29,230 nucleotides of DNA from Promethearchaeia archaeon (lineage in GTDB: Archaea > Asgardarchaeota > Lokiarchaeia > Sigyniarchaeales > SOKP01), in NCBI GenBank assembly GCA_029856105.1, contig JAHQWH010000132.1, positions 1-29,230 on the forward strand, read 5' to 3'. Shown here piece by piece: positions 9,808 to 19,153 of this stretch. The translations under genes were made by a program, and so were the position numbers. The first letter of the stretch is position 1. Each line of letters opens with the position of its first letter. The notes beneath the pieces were generated by a model. The model was not told the DNA's origin, made no database searches, and worked only from the letters and a program-made list of their open reading frames with translations.

Positions 9808-9972
9808 ATCGATCCATATTTCAAAGCTAAAGTGGAAGGCTTTTTAGAACGGATTAAGAATCCTCAAAGTTTAACTACTTATATGTCCAATTCTTTGCAA
9901 CAAAACGATCCTTATAATATTTCCAAACTTGCTGAGCTTTATAACGAGTTATATAGATTATTTTATGGATAA
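9808..9972 (+). pseudogene. Duplicated 3' fragment of the profilin-like gene (direct repeat copy 2)
   Basis: Translates IDPYFKAKVEGFLERIKNPQSLTTY...YNELYRLFYG*, matching the tail of 7935-8567. No profilin domain lies upstream. Confidence 0.8.
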
Positions 9973-10021
9973 GATTTATCCTTTTTAAAATAAGATCTAT
10001 TTAAGATAGTTTTTTACTATT

Positions 10022-11044
10022 TTAATATAGTATGATTCTTGGATCAAGCATACTAAGCACTATATCAGCAATAATGTTAAAAATAACTACATTAACCCCA
10101 AATACGAAAATTAAAGCAACTATAATTGGATAATCTAAATTTAATAAAGCCTCATGAAAGAGTTGCCCCAATCCCTTTAATTCAAAAGCAACTTCTATAA
10201 CAACGGTTCCGGTAAAAACCATTGGAAATCCCATAGCAATAATATTAATTACAGGTGGAAGAACATTTTTAAATGAATGTTTTCCTAGAATATCCTTTTT
10301 CGACACACCTTTTGCATGAGCCGTTCTAATATAGTCTAAATTTAAAACTGTAATATAACTAGATCTAGTTTGTTTTCCAATTATGATAGCTTGAACAATT
10401 ACCATAGCAGAGACCGGGATTAAAAGATGATTTATATAATCTATTAATATATCAAACCTTCCTGCAATAATTGCATCGATTATCCGAGAATAAGTTATTG
10501 GAGGGGGATCTCCAATCCCTGGAGATTTATAGCTAAAAAAGGGAAGTGTGTCAATGTTAGCAACGAGAAGCGATGATATAATAAATAAAGCAAGTACAAA
10601 AGCAGGAATTGAAGCAACAATATAGAGAATAATTCTTACAACATTATCAGATTGTTTATTATGGCGTGCTGCTGTTAACTTACCCATCATTATTCCAAAT
10701 AATATTGAAAAAAACATGGTAATAAACATAATTTCAATCGATCTCGGAAGTCTTTGATTTATAATTACCCAAACATCACTATTGGGCACTAAAGTATGAG
10801 AGAAACCCCAATTACCTGTTAATGCATCTTTAAAAAAAATTATTAGTTGGATTATTAATGGTTTATCTACTCCTAATCGCGCTGCTTCAAGGTCATACAT
10901 TTCTTGTGTAAAAGGAATATGTAATCTTGCCATCACAGGGTCGCCAGGTAATAACCTGCTCACAATAAAAGTGATAATAATAATTCCCACTATGGTGGGA
11001 ATCGAAATTAAAATTCGCTTAATCAGATATCTAATAGTACTCAT
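10022..11044 (-). CDS. dppB: Oligopeptide/dipeptide ABC transporter permease, DppB/OppB family
   Basis: YLIKRIL, PGDP, LGVDKPL..Q, G.WG.S, RLP.S.E, DYIRTAHAKG (EAA loop), H...N.L.P, E..F...GLG, DYP. Confidence 0.9.
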   Translation of the reverse strand: MSTIRYLIKRILISIPTIVGIIIITFIVSRLLPGDPVMARLHIPFTQEMYDLEAARLGVDKPLIIQLIIFFKDALTGNWGFSHTLVPNSDVWVIINQRLPRSIEIMFITMFFSILFGIMMGKLTAARHNKQSDNVVRIILYIVASIPAFVLALFIISSLLVANIDTLPFFSYKSPGIGDPPPITYSRIIDAIIAGRFDILIDYINHLLIPVSAMVIVQAIIIGKQTRSSYITVLNLDYIRTAHAKGVSKKDILGKHSFKNVLPPVINIIAMGFPMVFTGTVVIEVAFELKGLGQLFHEALLNLDYPIIVALIFVFGVNVVIFNIIADIVLSMLDPRIILY

Positions 11045-11311
11045 TTCAATACGGAAATATTAACGATATTATGAGATTACATGTAAGAAAAACTTTTATC
11101 ACTTAAATCTTTAGTTTTCTTTCAAAATTACAGTTCAAGATATCTACTTTTTACATATAGTTGAGTATTGAACAATTTAATCATTAAATCTTAAAAAAAA
11201 TACTATTAGCCTTAATTGAATTTTTAAAGAAGAGATAAAAGTATAAATAAATTAATATTAAGGGTGAATTACATCAACAATTTAAGCAAGAATTCAGACG
11301 ATTCATTCCTA

Positions 11312-12448
11312 CTATCGCTTCAGATAAATCGAAATTATGTCTCCATCCTCAATTACATGATCTAGGTTATCAAATTTTTGACCGGGATGTTTAGCAGATT
11401 TACCCCATACTAACGAGTAGCGATAATCGCTTATGAATCGCTTGTGAATTTTACGACAGAGCTTTTCTAGCGTATCGCCGTGGTGGAGAATTATTGGCTC
11501 ATCCATATCAGCTTCTTGTCTTGGTGGCTTTAAAAACACTCGTATTAAATTCAGCTCCGTGAAGATATTATGCTTAAGCGTGTTGATATTTTCTTTGTTT
11601 TTCGCTGAGATCATAACCCAATGTTCGTGACCAATTGCTTCTGTAATTTCTTCAGGGGAAATTGGAGTTTTCATTAAATCTGATTTATTAATTACTACAA
11701 ATTCTCTTGTGTAGATACGATTTCCAAATACGAAATCTATTAATTGATCGGGTGTAATATCTGGTTCAGAGAAATAAACACCTGCGTTCCGGACTTTAAG
11801 TTCATTCATCAGAGATTTAACTTCATCAGCGTCCATGAGTTGTTGACCTTTGTAAGTAAAATGAATTCCTCCACGTGTACGCTCTTTAATTACAATCTTA
11901 GGCGGTCTTGTATTTAACCGGATTCCTGCGTTATTCAACTCCATTCTAATAGTTTTCAAATCAGAAAGATTAATCGTTCCATCAGAACGAAAACATATTA
12001 TAATTAATACTAACTCTGCCGAGCGTACTGCTGCTAATACTTCCTTTCCGCGCCCTTTACCCGCAGCAGCACCCAGAATTATTCCAGGTAAATCAATAAG
12101 TTGAATTTTCGATTCTTCGATATCCATCATACCAGGTATGGCTGTAACAGTAGTGAAATCATATGAAGCAACTTTAGATTGAGTATTACCTTCAGTTAGC
12201 AAATTTAATAAAGAAGATTTCCCTACTGATGGAAATCCAATGAATGCCACTTGGGCATCCCCTGTTCTTTTAATACCGAAGCCGCCGCCGCCACCTTTTT
12301 TAGAACTGGCAATGCGAATCATATCTTCGCGGAGTTTGGCTAGTTGTGCTTTAATGAAATTTATACTTTTTTGTGTCGCCTTGTTTACCTTGGTAGAAGC
12401 CAATCGTTCTTCTAATTCTTTTATTCGATCTTCGACTTTTTCGGACAT
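11312..12448 (-). CDS. drg: DRG/Rbg family GTPase (OBG class) with TGS domain
   Basis: NKAT...I...KA.LAKLR, GDAQVAFIGFPSVGKS, YDFTT, IQLIDLPGII.GAA.GKGRG, NKSD, VWGKSAKHPGQ. ATG 12448 preferred over TTG 12457. Confidence 0.92.
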   Translation of the reverse strand: MSEKVEDRIKELEERLASTKVNKATQKSINFIKAQLAKLREDMIRIASSKKGGGGGFGIKRTGDAQVAFIGFPSVGKSSLLNLLTEGNTQSKVASYDFTTVTAIPGMMDIEESKIQLIDLPGIILGAAAGKGRGKEVLAAVRSAELVLIIICFRSDGTINLSDLKTIRMELNNAGIRLNTRPPKIVIKERTRGGIHFTYKGQQLMDADEVKSLMNELKVRNAGVYFSEPDITPDQLIDFVFGNRIYTREFVVINKSDLMKTPISPEEITEAIGHEHWVMISAKNKENINTLKHNIFTELNLIRVFLKPPRQEADMDEPIILHHGDTLEKLCRKIHKRFISDYRYSLVWGKSAKHPGQKFDNLDHVIEDGDIISIYLKR

Positions 12449-12563
12449 TTTATACAATTAAAAAAAATAATGCAAATTCAAAAAATTTTTCGAAAACAAT
12501 TGCTAAAAGAGTTGAATATTAAAAAGAGATAAAAGTAAAAAATAAATTAATTCTGTGAGAAAA

Positions 12564-13484
12564 TTAATCTGAATGTGCTGAAATTATCAAATCTGCAAAG
12601 AGAGACATATCTTTTAACAATACATTTAATTTATCTTGAGATTCTCTATCCAACTCTCCTGTTTTCATTACGAGTACCGAAATAATGTATTTAAAGATAT
12701 GGAGCTCGATTTCCTTTCCGTCCTCATTCAACCCTTTAAATTGAGCGGAATCAGACATGAAGATGTTCTCTCTTACCGTATTACACGCGTCGATGAAGTC
12801 TCTTAAGTCTCCACGAAGCGTCAAACCACTGCTTACACCTTGAACGTTATGGACTATGACATTTCCAGAAACATCAGAAATTATTATTTTTGCTTTAATT
12901 TCTTCTAATTGGCTTTCAGCTTTCTCTACGGATTTTTTCAAATCTTTATATGACGAAATTAATATATCCCGAAAAACCTTGGCTAATTCATCTTGTTGAT
13001 AAATGCTCGTTAACATATAATCAAAATTATAATCTTTAAATATGTCCAAGAAGATTTCCTTAGCGTTTTTTACGTTAGTATCAAGTAATTCTTTCTGGTA
13101 ATCTTCAGTATCGTATTTATGTAGGAATAAAAAGATTTTCGGCTTCTCGTTGTTTTTGCGATGAATATCCAACAATCCCTCAAAATATTCTTTTGCTTGA
13201 TCGAAGGAATTTGGGTCGTGTAAATCAACGATACAAATCAAAATATCTGTTCCTCGAAATACTTCGGGCTTTTCCATATATTCGTTGCGGTATTGCTCTT
13301 GACCGCCAAAGTCGAAAATCCCAACTTGAAGACCAAGAAAAGGATGCCTTCGAGTTTCATAAAGTATTGTCGGGCTAAGTCTTTTTGTGTCTTCGGGCGT
13401 TTTTTCAGCAAACGCTACGGAGTAAAGAGACGTTTTACCGCAACCTCCAAGGCCAGTTAAACTTATTTTAATAGTACATTTCAC
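12564..13484 (-). CDS. Rag/Gtr-like small GTPase with C-terminal roadblock/longin-like domain
   Basis: G1 GLGGCGKT, G2 PT, G3 DFGGQ, G4 HKYD (Rag-type HKxD), G5 TSIY, then a tail beginning IIISDVSGNVI. Start is GTG 13484 or ATT 13472. Confidence 0.8.
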   Translation of the reverse strand: MKCTIKISLTGLGGCGKTSLYSVAFAEKTPEDTKRLSPTILYETRRHPFLGLQVGIFDFGGQEQYRNEYMEKPEVFRGTDILICIVDLHDPNSFDQAKEYFEGLLDIHRKNNEKPKIFLFLHKYDTEDYQKELLDTNVKNAKEIFLDIFKDYNFDYMLTSIYQQDELAKVFRDILISSYKDLKKSVEKAESQLEEIKAKIIISDVSGNVIVHNVQGVSSGLTLRGDLRDFIDACNTVRENIFMSDSAQFKGLNEDGKEIELHIFKYIISVLVMKTGELDRESQDKLNVLLKDMSLFADLIISAHSD

Positions 13485-13546
13485 CTTTTTTTATTATGTT
13501 TTTTATAATTCTTTATTTCATTTATTTTTATTTTATTATTCTAATA

Positions 13547-15046
13547 TTATTTTTTTTCTTTAGGTGTCAATTTAAAGGTTTTTGAAAAAACTTTTCCAAA
13601 CGCATCAGTTGAGGCCTCTACTAACACATTTCCGTAAACTATTTCGTTATCTTCATTTTCTAAGGGATATCCTATCTCAATAGATTCATAAGGGAATAAT
13701 TCTCTAATATTAGTTATCCAAGGTTTCTTCTCAAATAATTCTTCGATTGTAGCGATTCTGATTTTGATGTCTTCTAAAAGATAACCTATAGTGTTAGTTA
13801 ACGAGATTTTTAATATCTTTTCTTCTTCATTTACATCTTTAGATACGCGCAAGAATTTTCTAGTCCCGAGTGTTTTCGTAGCAGGTTTCTCTTCTTCAGG
13901 TTTGGTCTCAATTTTCGGTCCCTCTTTCTCCATAGGGTCTCTGACGATAAAGACCTTACGTTTTTGAATGTTGTATTGAGAAACTTTTTTAAGTTTAGCC
14001 AGAAACAATACTGCGTTCAAATTTATAGCGTTATAAGGTTCAATTTTAAGATATCCTTTTTTAGCAGCATCTTCCACAATCTCAGTTCCAATTCCGGTTC
14101 TTGCAAATACTGTATTTTTGTTTGCCCCACTACCTACTGAGCCAACAGAAATATCCGCATTTTCGGCGGTCAGATCTGTGCAAAAATTACAACTTGGAGA
14201 TTTAAACTTATGTAATTGTTTGATGGTATATGATTTTATTGGTTCTCCCTTAGCATCGTGGTATAAGTGAAACTTCCCCTTACTAATATCCATTTTAACT
14301 ACTTTTGAAAGGTCAATCCCATCTTTTTCGAAAAAGGGATAAAGCGCTTCTGGAGCAAAGGAATCCATGCAGAACAAACCTATTTTAAGAATGTGAGCGC
14401 GCATAAAATATTTTAACATTCCCGCCGGAGAACTCATCATTTTATCTACGGCATCGATATTACAAGGCGTACCCACAAAAGCTATAGATCTATAATCTTG
14501 TCGTATAGCATCCATTAATGCTTCGACAGTTTGAGTGTGACTGTAAATCGAACCGGAAGCTTTTATAGCGTCCTCTTTACTGGTAATTATCTGAGAAACT
14601 GGATGCCACGGATTACTAGGATCCTTCATCGCAACGATTGCAGCATCAATTAAATGTTCCTCAAATAAATAAATTAATAAAGAAGTCACAGTTCCTCCAT
14701 CTTGACCCCCAATAACTTCTGGGATATCTGTATTCGCCACATATCCGGTTTTGAACTCTCCCATCAGTTGGATAGGGTCTGTTATAGTTCGGGGACATTG
14801 GTTATAACAGATACCACACCCCGTACATTTTCCTATTAATTTGGGTTGCCCAGCTATATCATCCCACTCTAGAACTGGACAAACTGCGGCACATGTCCCG
14901 CATTCCGTGCATATTCCTGCTCTAACTATCTCCTTCATTAGCATACCGAAAGAATCCTTTTTCCCTTCAAGCTTCTTTTGAATATAATCAAAGGAATAAT
15001 CATATTGAGTAGCCGGTTGCTCTTTTTCCGTATGATTCTCAGTCAT
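13547..15046 (-). CDS. FrhB/FdhB-family F420-dependent oxidoreductase subunit with N-terminal 2x[4Fe-4S] and extra C-terminal domain
   Basis: CTECGTCAAVCP, CTGCGICYNQCP, GQDGGTVTSLL, AFVGTPC, IGLFCMDSF, CNFCTDLTAENADISVGSVGS. Confidence 0.88.
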   Translation of the reverse strand: MTENHTEKEQPATQYDYSFDYIQKKLEGKKDSFGMLMKEIVRAGICTECGTCAAVCPVLEWDDIAGQPKLIGKCTGCGICYNQCPRTITDPIQLMGEFKTGYVANTDIPEVIGGQDGGTVTSLLIYLFEEHLIDAAIVAMKDPSNPWHPVSQIITSKEDAIKASGSIYSHTQTVEALMDAIRQDYRSIAFVGTPCNIDAVDKMMSSPAGMLKYFMRAHILKIGLFCMDSFAPEALYPFFEKDGIDLSKVVKMDISKGKFHLYHDAKGEPIKSYTIKQLHKFKSPSCNFCTDLTAENADISVGSVGSGANKNTVFARTGIGTEIVEDAAKKGYLKIEPYNAINLNAVLFLAKLKKVSQYNIQKRKVFIVRDPMEKEGPKIETKPEEEKPATKTLGTRKFLRVSKDVNEEEKILKISLTNTIGYLLEDIKIRIATIEELFEKKPWITNIRELFPYESIEIGYPLENEDNEIVYGNVLVEASTDAFGKVFSKTFKLTPKEKK

Positions 15047-15173
15047 AGTTAATTAATCATCAAAAACTCTGTATTAGTTTAATTTATTTGTTTGTAGATC
15101 TATGTAATGTAAATTGATTACTAATAATAAAATTTAGTAAAAAATAATCGCTTGCTTTCGATAAAAAAAAGGT

Positions 15174-16775
15174 TCATTCTGCATTTTCAAGTTCCAATTT
15201 CTCTTCTATTTTTTTTATCGCGTTTGACGCGTGGATACGTACTATCCTTGGAAAATCGTTTACTCTCGAAAGCAGAGCGCTTAAAGCGTGTTCTTCTCCA
15301 TACATTTCTAAAAATTTAATTAAACTTACTTTAACTTTGAAATTTTCGTCATCGTTTGTTTTTAGGTAATCAATTATAATAGCTACATCTTTGTTTAAAG
15401 TACGCTTTAATTCCACGTCATCATCTTTTACTTTATACCAATTTCTTTGAAAAATGTTATAGATAGCATCTATTGCTACTTTTTTTATAAGCCAATATGA
15501 TTCAGAGTTCTCTAAAATCTCTATTAGGTCGCTAATTGGTTCAATCTTTCCTATTTTTCCAAGAGCGATGATTGTGTTTTTTTTAACGTCTAAATTCCTA
15601 ATCTTTAATAAACTTTTTAGCGGTTTTACAAATTCCTCATTTCCAATTTCTCCTAAAATAAAAGCAATGCTTTCTTTGATTGTATCGTTATCAGAATTTA
15701 AGTACGATAATAAGGAATCGTAATTAGCGTTTTTATTACTCAGATAAATCTTTTTTATTGCATCTATTACGTAAAGCTTCATATCCAAATCGGAGTACTC
15801 GAAGCTAATATCTTCTATGTCTAATATGCCTAGCATTTCTGGTACTGCCGAAAGGTCCCCGATATCTCCCAAAGCTTCAATTGTAGCTATACTTACTTCG
15901 TTATAAATATTATCTAAATTCTGTGTTAAGAAATCTACAGCATCTCTTAACTTTAATTTTCCAGTAAGGGCTATAGCATTCTTTTTGACGATAAAATCGT
16001 CGCTCAGTAATAATCTAATTACATCCTGGTTAATATCTGGACCTAATAATTTTAGAATCGAAACCGCAGAATCCATTAATTCAGGATCTAATTCTTTTAA
16101 AATTCGTGTAATTTCATTCAATAGAAGCTGTTTATTTTGAATCAAATTAGAGATAACTTCTGGATACTTAACTTTTAGATAACTAATATCTTCAAAAGAA
16201 ATGTTAATGCTCGACAATTCGTATCCTATAAGTTTAATTATCTCTGATTTGTGTTCATTTGAGATGTTTTCGCTTTTTAAAAAACTCAACAATGATTTTA
16301 TTAGAATTTCTGGGCCTATATTTAATAATTGGTTTTTGGCAAAATCTTTAATAGAATTATAATGCGAATCTAATTCATTGATAAATAGGTTTATTTGAGG
16401 TTCTTCGAATTTTATTTTCTTTATAGCTTTCAAAACAGATAATTTAACATCGATATTATCTAATTTCTGTTCCAATATCCACATCAACGGCTTTAGAGCT
16501 TTTTCAAACTTCAATTTACCTAATGCTTTCGCAGCTTCACATTTAATTTCAATACCCTCTTCAGATATTAAAACATTTTCTAACGTACTAAAACATTCTT
16601 TCTTTAGCGAGGGAACTTCTCTACTTACTAATCCTAAATATTTTACTGCTCCTTTCCTTTTATTGTAATCCTTTTCAGTTTCAACAATATCAGTTAATAA
16701 TTTAACTGAATTTTCTAATCCAAGTTCCTCCCTTTTGTTAAAAATTTCTTGTGGTGAAGATTTCGGATCAACCAT
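15174..16775 (-). CDS. HEAT-repeat (PBS lyase-like) protein
   Basis: Recurrent V/IK..A..ALG.IG...A...L...L helix-pair repeats. Ends in TGA followed by an oligo-T tract. Confidence 0.85.
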   Translation of the reverse strand: MVDPKSSPQEIFNKREELGLENSVKLLTDIVETEKDYNKRKGAVKYLGLVSREVPSLKKECFSTLENVLISEEGIEIKCEAAKALGKLKFEKALKPLMWILEQKLDNIDVKLSVLKAIKKIKFEEPQINLFINELDSHYNSIKDFAKNQLLNIGPEILIKSLLSFLKSENISNEHKSEIIKLIGYELSSINISFEDISYLKVKYPEVISNLIQNKQLLLNEITRILKELDPELMDSAVSILKLLGPDINQDVIRLLLSDDFIVKKNAIALTGKLKLRDAVDFLTQNLDNIYNEVSIATIEALGDIGDLSAVPEMLGILDIEDISFEYSDLDMKLYVIDAIKKIYLSNKNANYDSLLSYLNSDNDTIKESIAFILGEIGNEEFVKPLKSLLKIRNLDVKKNTIIALGKIGKIEPISDLIEILENSESYWLIKKVAIDAIYNIFQRNWYKVKDDDVELKRTLNKDVAIIIDYLKTNDDENFKVKVSLIKFLEMYGEEHALSALLSRVNDFPRIVRIHASNAIKKIEEKLELENAE

Positions 16776-16873
16776 AATAGAATAAGATTTAATTTTAACA
16801 AGTAAATTATTTTCTTTATTTACATTTTAGGTTATTAGCTTATAAAAATATTTTCAATTTAATTGCACCAAGT

Positions 16874-17554
16874 CTATATAAAATTACCAAAAAAATACTC
16901 CATAGATAGATTCCTCGCTTCTTTTAAATGACGATTTACAGCAGATTCTGAGATATTGAAATGTTTCGCTATTTGAATTGCACTAATCTTTTTTGGTGAT
17001 TTAAAAAATCCATTTTTAGCGGCGTAAGCGGCAACCTCTTGTTGTCTTTTTGTAAAATTAGGAAAAGGAATAGCGGACTTCCAAATAGTTTCATCGACGC
17101 GATCTATTTTATCTAAATCGGTCATTCCAATGATTTTATAATTTTCTGTAAATGAGGAAATAACTTTGAATAACTGCTTAATGTATTCATTTTGAGAAAT
17201 TATATTAATTAATAGATGTTCCTGTGAAATATGAATAGGAAATAGAAAAGCCCACGGTCCAGAATCAACAATCGGAAAAAATCCTGAAGTATTATTCTGA
17301 TTCATAATGCAAATTATCTCGTTTCCAGTTTGTTTTAATAAGTGGAAAGATTGTGGATTAAACTTAGTTTTAATTAATTCTTCCAAGTTCGTTATTGTAT
17401 TTGGCTTAAAGCGTATTCGCTGAAGAGCAAAGAAGTGGTTTTGGTCGTACTGGAAAGCGTTTAAAATTTCAATAAATTCAAGATTTTCCAATAAATCAGC
17501 AAACCCCACATATTCTAAAAAATTTCCCGGTATTTGTAATCGTATAATTTTCAT
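16874..17554 (-). CDS. Archaeal transcription regulator with C-terminal Bat/HTH_10-type helix-turn-helix
   Basis: FTKRQQEV...A...GFF..PKKIS...IAK.F.ISESAV..HL..A. Confidence 0.82.
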   Translation of the reverse strand: MKIIRLQIPGNFLEYVGFADLLENLEFIEILNAFQYDQNHFFALQRIRFKPNTITNLEELIKTKFNPQSFHLLKQTGNEIICIMNQNNTSGFFPIVDSGPWAFLFPIHISQEHLLINIISQNEYIKQLFKVISSFTENYKIIGMTDLDKIDRVDETIWKSAIPFPNFTKRQQEVAAYAAKNGFFKSPKKISAIQIAKHFNISESAVNRHLKEARNLSMEYFFGNFI

Positions 17555-17619
17555 TAAATTAAAACCCTATACGAGTAATTCTTTCTTTTATTTGAAGTAT
17601 AAATACACATTATTATACA

Positions 17620-17631
17620 TTGCGATCGCAA
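17620..17631. promoter_or_regulatory. Perfect 12-bp palindrome TTGCGATCGCAA, candidate operator
   Basis: GC-rich palindrome in the very AT-rich divergent intergenic region between the HTH regulator and the SDR gene. Confidence 0.45.
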
Positions 17632-17732
17632 CAATTTAACTCTTTAGTATGTATTAATTCTTTTTATATAGGGATTTTGTTTTATTTTTAAATTATAAAA
17701 AAATTAAATTTAAGGTTAAAGGGGAGAATTAT

Positions 17733-18878
17733 ATGAATGTATTATTAACAGGTGCGTATGGAAATGTTGGATTAAGCACTTTAAAAGAATTACTAAATAA
17801 AGATTATAATGTTAGAGTATTTGAAGTATATAACCGGAAAAATAGAAAAATAGCTAAAAAATTCAAAAACAAGATTGATATTGTTTGGGGCGACCTTAGA
17901 AATAAAGACGACGTGGAAAGCGCAGTTAAAGAACAAGATGTTATTATTCATTTAGCAGCCATCATTCCACCGCTAGCAGATGCTAACACAAGCTTAGCTG
18001 ACTCCGTAAATGTTGGAGGAACTAAAAATTTGCTTAACGCAATAAAAAATCAAGCCCAAAAACCAAAATTAATTTTTACTTCTTCTATTGCCGTTTATGG
18101 AGATAGATTAGATAACCCATTGATTAAAACTACTGACATCCTTGCTCCAAGTCGTGGAGATTATTATGCTCTGACCAAAATTACGGCGGAAAAATTGATA
18201 AGGGATTCGGGTGTAGATTTTGCAATATTTAGATTAACATATATTACTTCTGTAAACAAATTAAATATGGACCCATTGATGTTCCATATGCCTTTAGATA
18301 CTTCAATCGAAGTTTGTGATACTAAAGATGTCGGACTAGCGCTCGCTAACGCTGTTGAGAGCGATGAAGTATGGGGTGGTACGTTCAATATAGCTGGCGG
18401 GGAACGATGTAGAATAACTTATAGAGAGTACCTTAATGATATGATGGAAATTTTTGGGTTAGGTCAAAATTTTTTACCTAAAGAAGGATTTGCTGAAAAA
18501 GACTTCCATTGTGGCTTTTGCGACACCCATAAGTCCGAAGACCTATTACATTACCAACGACACACGCTTCACGATTATTATAAAGAAGTTGAAAAAAAAG
18601 TACGAGCGAAAAGACGTTTTGTGCCAATGGTTAAATGGATAATTCGATTAAATCTCTTAAAAAAATCGGAATTTTACAAAAGGTTTAGATTTTTTAAGAA
18701 AAAAGCTGGAGCATTTACAGTCTCGGAAAATAAATTAATTAGAAAAATTCTTTCAACGAATTTTGATAGGATAGAACTTTTAGAACGAAAAATCGAGAAG
18801 TTGGAAGATTTAACTTCTAAATTAGTTGAAAAAAGAAGTGATTTAATGTCTATAAATCAAACTCAATCAATAAGCTAA
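17733..18878 (+). CDS. NAD-dependent epimerase/dehydratase (extended SDR) with C-terminal coiled-coil tail
   Basis: TGAYGNVG, GDLR, IIHLAA, VNVGGT.N, FTSSIAVYG, catalytic YALTK. Confidence 0.88.
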   Translation: MNVLLTGAYGNVGLSTLKELLNKDYNVRVFEVYNRKNRKIAKKFKNKIDIVWGDLRNKDDVESAVKEQDVIIHLAAIIPPLADANTSLADSVNVGGTKNLLNAIKNQAQKPKLIFTSSIAVYGDRLDNPLIKTTDILAPSRGDYYALTKITAEKLIRDSGVDFAIFRLTYITSVNKLNMDPLMFHMPLDTSIEVCDTKDVGLALANAVESDEVWGGTFNIAGGERCRITYREYLNDMMEIFGLGQNFLPKEGFAEKDFHCGFCDTHKSEDLLHYQRHTLHDYYKEVEKKVRAKRRFVPMVKWIIRLNLLKKSEFYKRFRFFKKKAGAFTVSENKLIRKILSTNFDRIELLERKIEKLEDLTSKLVEKRSDLMSINQTQSIS

Positions 18879-19059
18879 ATTTATTAATTCTCTTTATATA
18901 AACTTCTCTTCAAATATTCTTTTAGCGAATATTTTCAGTTTGGTGCTTCTTTTACTAATTGCGTTATTAAAATTAACTTATACCGTTAAATAGAAAATAA
19001 TTTAATATAAATAACATAAGAAATAAAATAACCAATAAATTAAATAAAAAAAATTAGAT

Positions 19060-19093
19060 TTTTCGATATTAGAAAAATTACATGTATCGAAAA
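19060..19093. promoter_or_regulatory. Inverted repeat TTTTCGATA-N16-TATCGAAAA upstream of the seleno-hdrA cluster
   Basis: 9-bp perfect arms at 19060-19068 and 19085-19093, between a TATA-like TTTAATATA (19001-19009) and the SD-like GAGGTGG (19134-19140). Confidence 0.45.
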
Positions 19094-19153
19094 TTAATTG
19101 ACAACTAAATAGAAATTCAAAATTGTAAAATTTGAGGTGGAGTAAGAAAGAAA

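Noticed and set aside
9787-9972. 61-aa ORF as an independent full gene
   Set aside because: Homology to the profilin-gene tail starts abruptly at 9808 and the first 7 codons look non-coding; treated as a duplicated fragment.
15174-15176. Genome-wide UGA reassignment (Trp/Gly), or readthrough of the HEAT gene's TGA
   Set aside because: The other long genes have no internal TGA and Trp is TGG. This TGA is followed by an oligo-T tract and non-coding-like sequence, so it is a true stop.
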